DNA of 64,000 nucleotides from Mobula hypostoma (GCF_963921235.1 NC_086097.1:117864001-117928000); one strand, 5' to 3'; shown: positions 38,843 through 52,583, numbered from the stretch's first letter. Notes: generated by a model from the sequence alone, not told the origin. Numbers and translations are program-made.

Positions 38843-39927
38843 GACAGAAAGGCCTGTTTCTGTGCTGTATTACTTTATGACCCTAAAATAGCTCATTCAT
38901 TTCAGCTTCTCGTTTTCTCCAGATAATGTCAAAAATTTATCTCTTCAAATCCTTAACCAATCCATATATCCTGGTAATCGCCTGATAAATGTCAAAGAGT
39001 ACAGCTGATGTGAAAATCTGGATTTCAAACCTAATTTCATCTCAGTTAGCTCTTCTGACTTTTAAGTTCTTAACTGATTAGAAGATGAAAATCCTTAAAA
39101 GGTTTATCATCTCCTACAAGCAGTCATTAGCAAGCTATCTACACCACAGTTTTGGAACATGCAAGTATTTTCCAATTCAGCATCACAATTCCAGGCGTTG
39201 AAAAATAACTTAAAACATAGGAAGGTCTGAAAAACAAAAATAAGTTTGTCATACTGTAACCTGGTTAGGAGTAACAATATCAAATCAATTTGTCACTCTC
39301 AATTTAAAAAAAAACTATGCATTAATCCTGAGATTCTCAGCTCCATCATCGTTGATTTGGCTGAATTCCGATGGAGAAGAGGTTCCCATCAAATCTCCTC
39401 TAAGTTGATCATAGAAGAAGATAGGTGGTTGGCAAGACAGAACACTTGGAAAATGTGAATCATAGAACCTTCCAGGAGAGAAAACGTTGTCATTCACCTA
39501 TTTACAACAATGGATGCTCCATTCACTGAAAATGTCATTCAATTAATTCCACTCCCTGAACTGAAGAAAACCTGCGATGTTACCATTTAATAGTTAAATC
39601 CAGATTTCTTTTGAAAAGTACAATTGAATAGATCACCAACCTCTCTTTTCAGTTAGCATTAAATACATAAATAAGATCTGATTTGCCCTTCGGTTGTTCT
39701 GTCAGTAACTTTGCCACAATCTTTTATGAGAAATTAAAACTCTGAGGACACTTAATTACAGTTTTAGAAACAATTTCAGGTAGGTTTGCTTACTTCTGAA
39801 TAGTCAGCAAACCTGTCACTTCTAAATCAGACAACATTTAAAATATTGGAGCTCTCTAATATTTAAAAATCAAGAACAGATTTTTATCTTAAAAATACAT
39901 TCTGGTGATATAGCACGATCATTTTAT

Positions 39928-40556
39928 ACACTTAATAGCCCGTGGCTAATAAACTAGCCACTGAGTGTATGCTTGTGGTCTTCTGCTGCTGTAACCCATC
40001 CACTTCAAGGTTCAACATGTTGTGCATTCAGAGATGCTTTCCTGCACACCACTTTTGCAACAAAATGTTTATTCAAGTTACTGATGAAGGGTCTCGGCCT
40101 GAAACATCGACTGCACCTCTTCCTACAGATGCTGCTTGGTCTGCTGCGTTCACCAGCAACTTTGATGTGCGTTGATTCAAGTTACTGTTGCCTTTCTGTC
40201 AGCTTGAAACAATCCGACCATTCTCCTCAGACCTCTCTCATTAACAAGGCCGTAGAACTGCCACTCATTTGATTTATTTTTTCTTTTTCACATCATTCTC
40301 TGTAAACTCCAAAGGCTGTTGTGGATCAGCAGCTTCTGAGATACTCAAACCACCCTGTCTGGCACCAATGATCATTCCATGGTCAAAATCACTAAGATCA
40401 CATTTCTTCCCCATCCTGACGCTGGCTTGAAAAACGACTGAATCTCTTGACCACGTCTGTGTGCTTTTATGTACTGGATTGCTGTCACGTGATTGGCTTA
40501 TCAGATATTTGCATTGATGAGCAGGTGCACAGATGTACCTAATAGAGTGGCCACTG
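39928..40556 (-). mobile_element. Internally deleted Tc1 element
   Basis: Matches 24436-25294; right end CTAATAGAGTGGCCACTG. Confidence 0.8.
40081..40113 (+). ncRNA. Minimal hammerhead ribozyme core within a 91-bp Penelope-derived insertion (40084-40174)
   Basis: CTGATGA-AGG GTCTCGG CCT-GAAA-CATC GACTG: both conserved core boxes and stem II; 13-bp TSD ATTCAAGTTACTG at 40071-40083 and 40175-40187. Confidence 0.6.
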
Positions 40557-40739
40557 TATTTCCAGCATGTAAATGAAGTATTACTAGATCAACTGACCAT
40601 TTATTTTAATGTTTGATCTTATTCTATAGTGAAGACACATTACAACTTGGCAGCAGGCAGCTTTAGATGGTAGCCAACAGTAAATGCACTGGTGGAGTAA
40701 CAGTGGTGCAACCACAAATTGTCCCATTCAAGAGGAGAG

Positions 40740-41170
40740 GAACATACACAAAGTGCTGGAGGAACTCAGAAGGTCAGGCAGCACATATGGAGAGGAATAA
40801 ACAGCCGATGTTTCAGGTGAGACATTTCATGAGGACTGGAAAAGAAGTAGGAAGAAACCATAATAAGAAAATGGGGAGAGGGGAAGGAGTACTAGCTGGG
40901 TGGGGGATGGGGAATGAAGTGAGAAGCTGGGATTTGGAAGAGGTAAAGGGTTGGAGAAGATGGGATCTGATTGGGGAGGTTACTGGAGCACAGGAGAAAG
41001 GGAAAGAGGAGGTACACCAGAGGGAGGTGATAGGCATGTGCAGAGAAGAGAAAGGTTAAGGGGGAGCCAGAATGGGGAATGGATAAGAGAGAAGGTGGAG
41101 GGGGGGGGTGGGGGGTGGAAATTACCAGCAGCTAGAGAAATCAAAGTTCTTGCCCTTAGGTTGAAGGTGA
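40740..41170 (-). mobile_element. Penelope-like terminal fragment
   Basis: Terminal motif plus a degenerate hammerhead (minus strand CAGTCCTCATGAAATGTCTCACCTGAAACATCGGCTG). Confidence 0.7.
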
Positions 41171-41667
41171 TACTAAGAAGAGATTTCATTCTTACTTCAC
41201 AGAAATTCGTTTTTCAACAGAAATCCTAATAATCTTCTAGAAGTGTTGTTACATCCTCAAAGCATTGTTGAAGTCTGAGTTTACATGCCAGAAATTAGGC
41301 AAAGAATTGATGATGAGGAAATACTAGAATAACTATCCGCTCTTCACGTGAATAAACCTCCCGATCGACAGTAGATGAGATGCATTCAGGCTTTCTAAGG
41401 TGAATTAAGGAGGGAATTAGAGGCCTTTACCACAATCTACTAACCAGTCACACGTTGTGGGCCCATGTCTAATAACTGGAAATGGCAGAAAAGAAAAGGG
41501 GTCAGGATGAATTCAGTGATCAGAGACCAGTCTGTTTTACATTGGTGATACGGAAAGTACAGAAAAGAATGATCGGGGCTGATTATGCAGTCATTTGGAC
41601 AAATATGGATTAATTACAAAATAGCCCGCATGTGATTTGTTGGAGCTTAATTCTGTTTAAGTAGGCT

Positions 41668-42150
41668 CAGATTCAAATTTATTATTTATCACATGTACTT
41701 AGAAACAAATAATGACTGTTTCATTTGTGTTAAAAACCAACACAACATATGGATGCATTAGGGGCAGCCCACAAGGGTTGCCACACATTCTGGCAGGGGA
41801 TAGTATGCCCACAATATTCAGCAGAACAACACAACAACAACAGCAAAGCAAGTCTCTTTTCTCCCTCCCACACACTGACAAACACAGACAGGTCTCTAAC
41901 CCAAGGACAGGAGACCTCTGGGCCTCCAACGTCCAGTATCTGGCCCAACCACAGACATCAGCCCTCTGACTCCCAAAAACCACCCCCCCCCCATCCCAGG
42001 GGGCTCAATGATTAGGCCTCATCTTCTGTAATCACCAACTTTGGTCTTGAACCCTCTGTATCAACCGCAGAACTCACCAATCATGATTTGACCTTGAGCT
42101 CCAGAGTCACATAGGCTTATGATCCCAGAATTCACCGTTCAGTGGGGAGG
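41668..42150 (-). mobile_element. SINE-like repeat
   Basis: 3' part resembles the SINE remnants flanking the CR1s at 32897 and 58569; AATAAATTTGAATCTGA tail on the minus strand. Confidence 0.5.
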
Positions 42151-42884
42151 GGTCATTACTGTCCCAGAGTTATCGATTTGCTCTACACAAAGTTCTATGT
42201 AGGATAGAGATTTTTTTTAATATTGTCTCTCATCAGCTTTTGTCTGCAAACTGTTCCAGCAAGGTCCTCACCAGAGCTTGCTGAAGCAACCCTTTCCTAT
42301 CACTTGCCCTGACATCATATCACTAGCCCAATACTAATTTGCACACCCGAGTTCCCCTCCACACTTCTTGGTTCTGGTGTCTATGAGTGTCCGATTGATT
42401 GACAGGGTGCTGTTTGATTGATGGAGAGCATTCGTTCACCTCGACACTGACCTCATCACTGAGCAGAACCTATACACTCACATTCAAGAACTCGACGACT
42501 AATGTTCTCAATATTATTTATTTATTTATTTATTAATATTTGGGTTATTTTTGTATTTGCACAGTTTGAATTGCACATTGGCAGCTTGTCAGTCTTTGTG
42601 TGTGGTTTTTCATTGATTCTACTGTATTTCTTTGTATCTTCTGTTCTTTAAGGTTGTTGCGCGTTGTCTGCAGTGATCTCTGCATCAGTTCTCTGATGGT
42701 ATTTCTGAAATTGGTGAGCATCCTTTCCTCCACCAGGGAACCAATAGACAAGTAAGGGTTTGACCCCCTGCTGTTCCACTCTCACTTGTGTCAGATTGTG
42801 ATCACCATCTCCTGGAAAAGAGGAAAGTATGTTAGTTTTAATATGCCTCGATAAGTAATTGACAGTCTGTGACAGCTGTTAAAT

Positions 42885-43205
42885 TGTTCATTAATGCAAA
42901 TGTATTATCAGCCAATCACGTGGCAGCAACTCAATGCATAAAAACATGCAAGCATGTTGTTCAGATCAAACGTCAGAATGGGGAAGAAATGTGATCTAAG
43001 TGACCTTGACTGTGGAATGATTGTTGGTGCCAGACGGGGTAGCTTTCGTATCTCACAAACTGCTGACCTCCTGATGTCTCTGTGCACAACAGTCAATAGA
43101 GCCGGCAGAGAAAATTCCAGAATAAAAATCCATTCTGTAGACAAAAACACCTTATTAATGAAAGAGATCAGAGGAGTATGGCCAGACTAGTTCCAGCTGA
43201 TAGAG
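42885..43205 (+). mobile_element. Tc1 fragment encoding the transposase N-terminus
   Basis: MGKKCDLSDLDCGMIVGARRGSFRISQTADLL (paired-like HTH start). Confidence 0.8.
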
Positions 43206-43572
43206 TGTGGGTCCAGAAGTGGAAGTGTTTAGAAATAGCACTGATGATGGTCATTCCAGTCTTGAACATGAGATTACTAAATTCTTCATTCTTTGTGTCC
43301 ATATCATTAGGACCTCCTTCTTTGTAGTTACCTCCTCAGAGGGATACCTGGCCTATAGACCTGAAGAGCTTTCTGGTCCCCTGGAGGCATCCTGAAGCTT
43401 CTCTTTTCTATGGCAGTTATCCCTTGTATAGTATATATTCTTTGAGCTCATCCTGGGTGAAATAAAATTGGTTAAGACTCACAGAACAGCACAACTCAGA
43501 AGTTTTTTAATAGCTTACTTAAACTAAATAAATACTGCAATTCATATAATATAAATCATCAATATTGATGTA

Positions 43573-44450
43573 CACTCAATGGCTACATTATTAGGTACCA
43601 GCTATATGTAATAAAGTGGTCACTGAGTTATGTTCATGGGCTTTCTGCTGCTGTAACCTGTCCACTTCAAGGTTTGACAGGTTGTGCATTTAGAAGCACT
43701 CTGTGCCATCAAGCTTTTGAATCAAAAGGGATTACTTTACTCAACTTCACTCACCCCATCAATGAACTGTTCATACAACTGATTACCCTACTTTCAAGGA
43801 CTCTACCACTCATTTTCTAAGTATTTAAGGCTTTTTTTCTTCATGTTGTATTTGGAGATAGTTGCCTTTTGCGCATTTGTTGTTGTCTGTCCGATTGGGT
43901 CAGTCTTGTCTTTCATATATTCAATTATGTTTCTTGTATGTACTGTGAATGCCCACAAGAAATGAGTCTCAGGGTTGTATATGGGGACATATATGTACCT
44001 TTATAATAAATTTACATTGAACTTGAACTTCCTGCGTCCTGCTGTATTAGCATTTGGTTATTCGAGTTACTGTCACCTTCCTGTCAGCATGAACCGGTCT
44101 GGCTATTCTCCTCTGACCTCGCTCACTAACAGGACATTCTCCCCCCTTAACTCCCAGTCACTGGATGTTTGTGTTCTTGTTTTTGCTCCATTCTCTGTAA
44201 AATCTATGCGTGAAAATCCCAGCAGATCATCAGTTTCTGAGATACTCAAATCACTCCATCTGGCACCAACAATCATTCCATGACCAAAATCATATAGATT
44301 ACATTTCTTCCCCATTGTGATGTTTGGTCTGAGCAACAACTGAACCTCTTGACCGTGCCTACATGCTTTTGTGCAATGAGTTGCTGCTATATAATAGACT
44401 GATTTGATACAAACATTAACGAGCAGATGTATCTAATAAAGTGACCACTG
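43573..44450 (-). mobile_element. Internally deleted Tc1 element with a Rex-type tail inserted (about 43700-44030)
   Basis: TA|CACTCAATGG left TIR; ORF 44103..44339 MGKKCNLYDFGHGMIVGAR. Confidence 0.8.
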
Positions 44451-44544
44451 CACATTTCATAAATGATTACATGAAATCAGAAAATAAATTACTATGGAGT
44501 ACCATGTCCCTATATCACATTACAATCCTGTAACTACAACTTCA

Positions 44545-45830
44545 ACTATGAACAACGACCTTGCACTTAATGTCAGTAAGACGAAGGGATTGACTGAGGA
44601 CTTCAAGAAGGGGAATTTTAGAGAACACAGACCAATCCTCATTATGGATCAGCAATGGAAAGGCTGAGCAGTTTCAAGTTCCTGTGTGTCAAAATCTCTG
44701 AGGATTTACTGTATCCTGAACGTAACACCTTAATGCAATAATGAAGAAGGCACCCCGGTAGCTATGTTTCAATAGGAGTTTTGGTATATCATCAAAGACT
44801 CTGGGAAATTTCTACAGGTATCTTATAATTGGTTCTTTAAGGTTATTATAGCCAGGGGTGGTAATGGGGACAAGTTCCCTCTATTAAATGTTGTCAATGT
44901 CGCGCACCTCAAATAGCCTCTAACAACCAAGTCCAGCTCCTGGCATTCACATGTAGCTTAGCTACTAAAACCAGCAGAACTGGTTGTACTGACAGGAGAA
45001 GGTACAAAAGAAGGTTACTGGTGCCTTAAAACTAGTCACTTCAAGCAGATGGACTTGTCAGCCGTGGTTGACAGCTCATCAAGGAGAAGGAAAACTCCGA
45101 TCTCAAACCTCTGCTGCCTTGCAGCTATATCCTCTCATGGTGAAGACTCTGGGAGTAAACCCGATGGAAAAATCCGGAGCTGGAGTCCATAAGGCAGTCC
45201 TACTTTGAGTTCAATGCTGACTGGCAACTCTTGTGACACTGCTGGTACCAAACTGCATTGGTCTCTGTTGTTCCTTTGGGTTCATCAGATGCGTGGAGAG
45301 GGGAAGCTTCTCCATATTGTGCTGTTCAGGGCTGTGTATCTAGACAGTTAGGATGCAAAATTCAAGGCTGACTCCTGACCAATGGAGGTCTCACTCACTC
45401 ACTAGGGAGACCACTCCAACTGGCTACAACACCATTTGGTATAGAGGGGTTGTTGCCCAGGATCAGAAAAAGCTGCAATGGGTTGTAAACTCAGCCAGCT
45501 CTTCAATGGGCACTCTCCATGCATCTATCACTGGCCTCCCTGCATCAATGAATCTTCAAAAGGGTGATGACTCATCCAGCATGAAGGACCCCCATCGCCC
45601 AGAATAAGCCCACTCCTTATTACTACCATCACAGAGGTTTGACAGGAGCCTGAAGACACACACTCAACAATTTAGGAACAGCTTCTTCCCCTCCACCATC
45701 AGGTTTGTAAACAGACAGTGAACCCATGAACACTACCTTACTAATTTTGCTCTCTTTTTGCACTGTACTGCTGGCCAAGACAACAAGATTTGTGACATAT
45801 ATCAGTGATGATAAGCCTGATTTAGATTTT
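44545..45830 (+). mobile_element. Rex1-type 3' fragment interrupted by a non-autonomous element (about 44850-45390)
   Basis: LNVSKTKGLT..FKFL remnant and QDQKKLQWVVNSA; the insert's distal part is an inverted match to 17320-17495. Confidence 0.6.
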
Positions 45831-45895
45831 CTAAGTTCATTTTGCAGCATCTGAGTGGGGAAATTTTGTTAAGGCTCACAGAATAGCACAACTCA

Positions 45896-47203
45896 AAGTT
45901 CAAAGCAAATTTATTATCCAAGTACTTTGTCACTATAAACTATTTTGATATTCATTTTCTTATAAAGAAACACAATAGAGTCAATGAAAACTGCACACAA
46001 CAAAAACAGACAAATAACCAATGCGCGCAGGACAATAAATTGTAATAATAATAATAATACTGTATTGATCCCGAGTGGGAAATTCTTTCATTACAGCAGT
46101 AACATTTAAAATCACACTTAGCAGTGTACTTAACTAATAATAAATACAGAATAATAAGTGTAAAAATAATAAAATAAAAATTGTGCGATAATAATATACA
46201 AAATATTAAAAACAGAGACTATTGCACTACAATGTGTGTTCTCCTGTCGCACAGAGATGAACTGTTGTATATGCTTATTGCATTTGGTAGGAAAGATTTT
46301 CTGTAGTAATCCTTGTGACAGCAGAGCTGAGTGAGTCTGTTCGAAAGGGTGCTTCATTGCTTATTCAATAGATTAGGGAGAGGATGTGCCAGGTTGTCTA
46401 TAATGGGTAACAGTTTGCTCAGTGACCTTCTCTCCACCACTAACTCAAAAGAGTCTGGGTTGTAGTCAGGGACAAATCTGGTCTTTTTGATGAGATTATT
46501 TAGTCTTTTTGCATCACCAGCACTGATGCTGCTCCCCCAACATAAAACAACAAAGAAGACTGCATTCATTACAACAGACTGGTAAAAGATCTCCAACATC
46601 CTGCTGCACACATTGAAGGATCTCATCTTCCTTAGAAAATAGAGTCTACTCATCCCCTTCTTATAAACAGCCCTGGTGTTGGTTTTCCAGTCAAGTCTGC
46701 TGTTGAGGTCAACACCCAAGTGTTTGTACTCCTCCACCAACACAACTTCTTCACCCATAATATATAAAGGACTCATTACACTCCTCTTCCTCCTAAAATC
46801 AAACACCATCTACCTGGTTTTAGCAACAAGCAGGAGTAGGTGATTCCTCCTGCACCACTCTACAAACTTGTCCACTGTCCTCTGTACTCTGACTCCTGTC
46901 CATCTCTGATACACCCACTCACTGCAGAGTCATCAAGTGGCAAGACTCAGAGTACAATAAAGAAAAAATAAAATAAAGGAAAAAAAGTAACAGAATATAA
47001 TAACAAATAAGTAAGTAATAAATTACCGAGAACATGAGTTGCAGAGTCTGTGAAAGTGAGTCCATACGTTGTGGAATTAGTTCTCTGTTGAGCTGAGTGA
47101 AGTTATCGATGATGGTTGTAGGCTAAGAACTGCATGGGACCTAAGAATCCTGTACCACCTCCTTGGCAGCAGCAAAAAATCGGCATGGCTCGGATGCTGG
47201 GTG
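45896..47203 (-). mobile_element. Rex-type 3' fragment containing a nested Rex/Babar LINE (about 46043-46950)
   Basis: ORF 46354..46809 MVFDFRR..EEYKHLGVDLNSRLDW..SRLYFLRKMRSFNV; (TTA)n tail at 46043-46058. Confidence 0.8.
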
Positions 47204-47414
47204 TCTCAGAAGTCTTTTAAAAGTTTTTTTAAAACTAAGTGCTGCAATTAATATAATATAAATCAACGTTATTAATATAACATAAAAGATTACATGAAAT
47301 TAGAATGAATTATGAGATACTACAAACTGCTATGAAGTATAATCCCCTGATATCACATAACAATCCAACTATACTCACTTTCTCTTTAACTCTGATTCAA
47401 ATTGTTACACACCC

Positions 47415-48320
47415 AATTCAAATGTTCATTTGTTATTAAGGTATTTTTTTCTATATACAACTGAGATTCATCTTCTTCAGATAGCCATGAAACAAGGAAA
47501 GAGTGTGAAAGTTGTTCAGAGAGAAACATCAAATCCAACCCCCAAGCACCAAAAAGAACGGCATTCCAATCATCAATCCCAAAGCCCCAACCCCTCGAAC
47601 AAAGCAGAGCAAGGACATTAACCCCAAACCCCCTTCCCCCACAAAAAAGCAACAAGAACACCACTGCTCAAACCCTCTCCCTCAATCAAAAAAACTAGCA
47701 GAAAGCAACAAGAACATTAGCAACCAAACCCCTCCCCTCACATGTCAAAATAGAAAAGGAACGGGTGAAAAAATGCTGAATATAAACCATAAGTCTGCAA
47801 AAATCTACAGTCCATAAACGCAATAGTCCAATCCATAAACGCTGAACCATAAAATATCCTCGAATATCACCAACATTGATTGACAAAGAGGGACACCACA
47901 TGAGCACTGAGGCTTACCCATCTGCCACAGTGAGCCACATAGCAATAGGCTGCTCACGGACAAGGCAGGCAGTCAGCGCTGAAGTCTCGTTCGCCTTCCA
48001 CGTTCACTTCGATGTTTCAATCTTCTTTGATGCTTCAGTCAATTCAATGGACACTTTACTCAGTGGAATGGGTCGAACATCAGCTCTAAGTTTCTTCGCA
48101 ACACGGCTATCCAAGTACGCACCCACTTCCCGGAATCTTTTCGGACACAGCAAAGCTTTGGATCATTCCATCTCCTAATCGTAGGGCTTAACAGTGGCAG
48201 AAATGTATTTAAGATGAAAAACAGACATGAACAAAATAAAATATCACTATGAGCTATCACCATGGGGTATCTGGAAGATGTCAACTGAGGGAGTGTTGTA
48301 TACTGGTACCATCTTGACTG
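47415..48320 (-). mobile_element. Non-autonomous SINE-like element
   Basis: 5' end CCAGTCAAGATGG, like the AAGATGG start of the 1694-3824 element; Rex-like tail at the left end. Confidence 0.45.
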
Positions 48321-49707
48321 GAATTGATTACTGTTCCTAACTATAATGGTGATTAATTCCCACTGGAGTCTCTTTCAGGTTCCTTTAGCTTGTTGTGAAT
48401 ACCCATATTATAACACAAAAATCTTACCTGTGACAATTAATAGGAGCAAATCCCTCCCTTTTGATTGTTCCATTACCATCCAATCTCTTTTATTACAAGC
48501 CCGTAATCACTTGATTTGGTTAGTCCTTATCATCATCTTTCACAGAAAGGCAATTTTGATGGGGTAGGAACATTAAATTCAACAACAAATTGAAAATATT
48601 TACCTCTAGTGAGCTCTTAGGTTTTTACTTGAAAGGTCAGTGTGCAGGCATAGCAGAAAAGATATGCGAGTAGAACATGCTAGAAAATATGCCTTTGGGT
48701 TAGTCATGCTTGCGTATGAATGCCTGTGGATTCTACAGTTTGAAATTTGCTTTAAAGTTTCTTATGGTCTTCACAATATGCTGTAATAGAAATTCTCACT
48801 ATTTCATCTTGGTCTTGTTTAATGTTTGTTCAGTATGAGTTAAAATGCAATCAGGTGAAGTTGAAATCTCCCTGGCTCAAAAGAGTGCTAAGGTAAGCTG
48901 ACTTCAGCTAATTGTCTGTCCTGTTTTAGCTCTGAGCAGGAAATCTCATAACATGGTTCAACCCTCACTTATCACTAAGATTATTAAGGCAATACTTTAT
49001 CAACCAAGGCACCACTTTATCAATATAAAATCAGCAATGTCGGCCATTTGTGGAAATTCATCAATAGACAATTTTTCTCTTGATATATTTTAAATTGACT
49101 TTGTTAAATTTGACTAGTAGGAATGAGATCACATTACCCAAACACCACATTGCAAGCATCCATCCAACTCCCTCTCAGCTACTGAAAATAATAATATTGA
49201 CGTCAAAGTATTGCAGAAAATCTCACTCCTGAAGTGCATCTCATTGCAACTGCTGACTACACAGAATGGCTAAAAAGCACAGAGATTGTCTGTGATGAGA
49301 GGATACGCTTTATCTGTTCTTGTGCTAGTCTTATTTATTTGCCTTTCTGTCTAGCTAGTCAATAAAATCAATAAGTGCAAGAGAACTTGATGAGATTTAA
49401 TTCAAAAGTATTGATCAATGCATTTGCTAATAAACTTCTGGCTTGAGGTAAATCTATGGATCATTGTGGTTGGAGACTACCTTTTGAGGGACCCACATTG
49501 AAGTCTTTCTGATAGCTGCCTTTCAACTTCCTTCCAATCTCAATGGCATAAAGGCAGAGTTCTATTAAGAGAGAGTACTTCTACATGTTAGTTTACTTGC
49601 AACTCCAAATGAGATATTATGCCTGTAGAAGTTCTGACACAGCCTTGTAGATAACTAAGCGCAAGAGTCACAGATTTCTGCTTCTTTGTTTTATATCATT
49701 ACAGATT

Positions 49708-49965
49708 TAGGGCTGCACAGTGCCTTACCTAGTAGAGTTACTGCCTGACAGTGACCCACGTTCGGCCTTAACCTCCAGTGTTGTCAGACTGGCGTTTGCA
49801 TGTTACCCCTGTGACCACGCGGACTTCCTCCAGGTGTCTCTGTATCTTCCTAGAACCTAAAGATGTACTGATTAGTATGTTAATTTGCCACCATACCTTG
49901 CCCCTGGTGTGTGGGTGAGCAGGTAGATATCTGGGGAGAGTTAATGGGAATGTAGGATGAATAAA
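49708..49965 (+). mobile_element. V-SINE/HE1-like SINE, decayed
   Basis: GTTTGCATGTTACCCCTGTGACCACGCGGACTTCCTCCAGGTG core. Confidence 0.65.
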
Positions 49966-49983
49966 ATTGGAAGCGATATATGA

Positions 49984-50546
49984 TCAGTAGCCACTTTGTT
50001 AGGTCCGTCCTATACCAATAAAGTAGTTTCTGAGTGTATGATTGTGATCTTCCACTGCTGAAGCCCATCCACTTCAAGGTTTGACATGTGCACTTAGAGA
50101 TGCTTTTCTGCACACCACTGTTGTAACTTGTGGTGATTTGAGTTACTGTTGCCTTCTTGTCAGCGTGAACCAGTCCGGCAATTTTCCTGTGACCTCTCTC
50201 ATTAGCAAGGTGTTTTTGTCCACAGAATTGCCGCACACTGTATTTTTTTTGTTCCTTCTACCATTCTCTGTACACTCCGAAGACTATTTTGCATGAAAAT
50301 CCCAGGAGATCAGCATTTTCTGAGATACTCAAACCACCTCATCTGGCACCAAAAATCATTCCATGGTCAAAGGCAGTTAATTCACACTTCTACCCTAATC
50401 TGATGCTTGGTCTGAACAACAATTGAACCTCTTGATCATGCCTTCACGCTTTTATGTACTGAGTTGCTGCCATGTGATTGGCTGATTAGATATTTGCTTT
50501 AATGAGCAGGTGCACAAGTGTACCTAATAAAGTGGCCATTGAGTGT
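49984..50546 (-). mobile_element. Internally deleted Tc1 element
   Basis: Right TIR AATAAAGTGGCCATTGAGTG|TA; ORF 49880..50236 contains DKKATVTQITTSYNSG..SIS (second HTH). Confidence 0.85.
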
Positions 50547-51340
50547 AGATGGCAGTTCAGGTAGCATCTGCAGAGAGACAAACCAAGAGTTGATTCATTG
50601 AGTTAGGGAGCCTGGTTCAGTGCTATACAGTTTATTTCTATAACTCCATGAATCTCTGATTCAGCAATTCGTTATTCCTAATGTTATATTTTATGTCAAA
50701 AATGAAGTAAAACAAGCAGATAAAGGAGTAAACTGCTTGTTTCTAACCGATCTTGCCTATCAGCTTAAGAAATTAACTTTCTAATTTATAATCAAACGTT
50801 TGGACTAATAATACTTATTCCTGGACTCAATAAAGAGTAAATTATTGTTACAGTAACTGTTTGGACATTGCAGACACTGCCCAATCTTGATTCACTGAGT
50901 CAGAGATTCTTTTTTGGAGAGTGCTATAGAGCTATAAAAACAACAAAAACAGCTTCAAAAACTTCAAACCATCTTCAAAGTTTCTTCACCCCAGGCAATG
51001 AATCTGATCAACCATTCTAGTTACACACTGCCATCCCCTCTATGTCATAAGGAGGTGGCTAGGAATGAACCCAAGTGCAAGACACAGACACTGAAGGACT
51101 AGGGACAGGACGAGGATACAGGGTGAGAGCAAGGACATGGACACGAAAACCAGGAAGCTGGAACAGGACTGGACAAGAGAGCTAGGAGCCCAGGCTTGGA
51201 ATCCGAGCCAGAGACTGGACAAGGACCTAGTAATTGGGTGTTGCCTCTGGTTCAGACCCCAGAGCTAGGCAAGGACGAGGGCTTGGCAGGCAGACAGGAT
51301 GAGGCTGGAGTCTTCAGGCTAGAAGCTAGAGGCGATGCTT

Positions 51341-52498
51341 GGCAGGAGGCTGGAGTCTTCGGGCTTGAGGCTAGGCAGGAGGCTGGAGTCTTCGGGCTTG
51401 AGGCTAGGCAGGAGGCTGGAGTCTTCGGGCTTGAGGCTAGGCAGGAGGCTGGAGTCTTCGGGCTTGAGGCTAGGCAGGAGGCTGGAGTCTTCGGGCTTGA
51501 GGCTAGGCAGGAGGCTGGCGTCTTCGGGCTTGAGGCTAGGCAGGAGGCTGGAGTCTTCGGGCTTGAGGCTAGGCAAGAGGCTGGAGTCTTCGGGCTTGAG
51601 GCTAGGCAAGAGGCTGGAGTCTTCGGGCTTGAGGCTAGGCAGGAGGCTGGAGTCTTCGGGCTTGAGGCTAGGCAGGAGGCTGGCGTCTTCGGGCTTGAGG
51701 CTAGGCAGGAGGCTGGAGTCTTCGGGCTTGAGGCTAGGCAGGAGGCTGGAGTCTTCGGGCTTGAGGCTAGGCAGGAGGCTGGAGTCTTCGGGCTTGAGGC
51801 TAGGCAGGAGGCTGGAGTCTTCGGGCTTGAGGCTAGGCAGGAGGCTGGAGTCTTCGGGCTTGAGGCTAGGCAAGAGGCTGGAGTCTTCGGGCTTGAGGCT
51901 AGGCAAGAGGCTGGAGTCTTCGGGCTTGAGGCTAGGCAAGAGGCTGGAGTCTTCGGGCTTGAGGGTAGGCAGGAGGCTGGAGTCTTCGGGCTTGAGGCTA
52001 GGCAGGAGGCTGGCGTCTTCGGGCTTGAGGCTAGGCAGGAGGCTGGAGTCTTCGGGCTTGAGGCTAGGCAGGAGGCTGGAGTCTTCGGGCTTGAGGCTAG
52101 GCAGGAGGCTGGAGTCTTCGGGCTTGAGGCTAGGCAGGAGGCTGGAGTCTTCGGGCTTGAGGCTAGGCAGGAGGCTGGAGTCTTCGGGCTTGAGGCTAGG
52201 CAGGAGGCTGGAGTCTTCGGGCTTGAGGCTAGGCAAGAGGCTGGAGTCTTCGGGCTTGAGGCTAGGCAGGAGGCTGGAGTCTTCGGGCTTGAGGCTAGGC
52301 AAGAGGCTGGAGTCTTCGGGCTTGAGGATAGGCAGGCTGGAGTCTTCGGGCTTGAGGCTAGGCAGGAGGCTGGAGTCTTCGGGCTTGAGGCTAGGCAGGA
52401 GGCTGGAGTCTTCGGGCTTGAGGCTAGGCAGGAGGCTGGAGTCTTCGGGCTTGAGGCTAGGCAGGAGGCTGGAGTCTTCGGGCTTGAGGCTAGGCAGG
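51341..52498. repeat. 33-bp minisatellite, about 35 copies
   Basis: Unit GGCAGGAGGCTGGAGTCTTCGGGCTTGAGGCTA; a few variant units; one 30-bp unit near 52330. Confidence 0.97.
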
Positions 52499-52583
52499 CG
52501 TCTCCTGGGCGGGGCACGGTTCTCCTGGGGAGGGCGCGGTACTCCTGGGCAGGGCGCGGATCACCACCTGACGGAGGCATGGA

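Noticed and set aside
51341..52498. CRISPR array
   Set aside because: Head-to-tail 33-bp units with no unique spacers, no cas genes, and a eukaryotic context.
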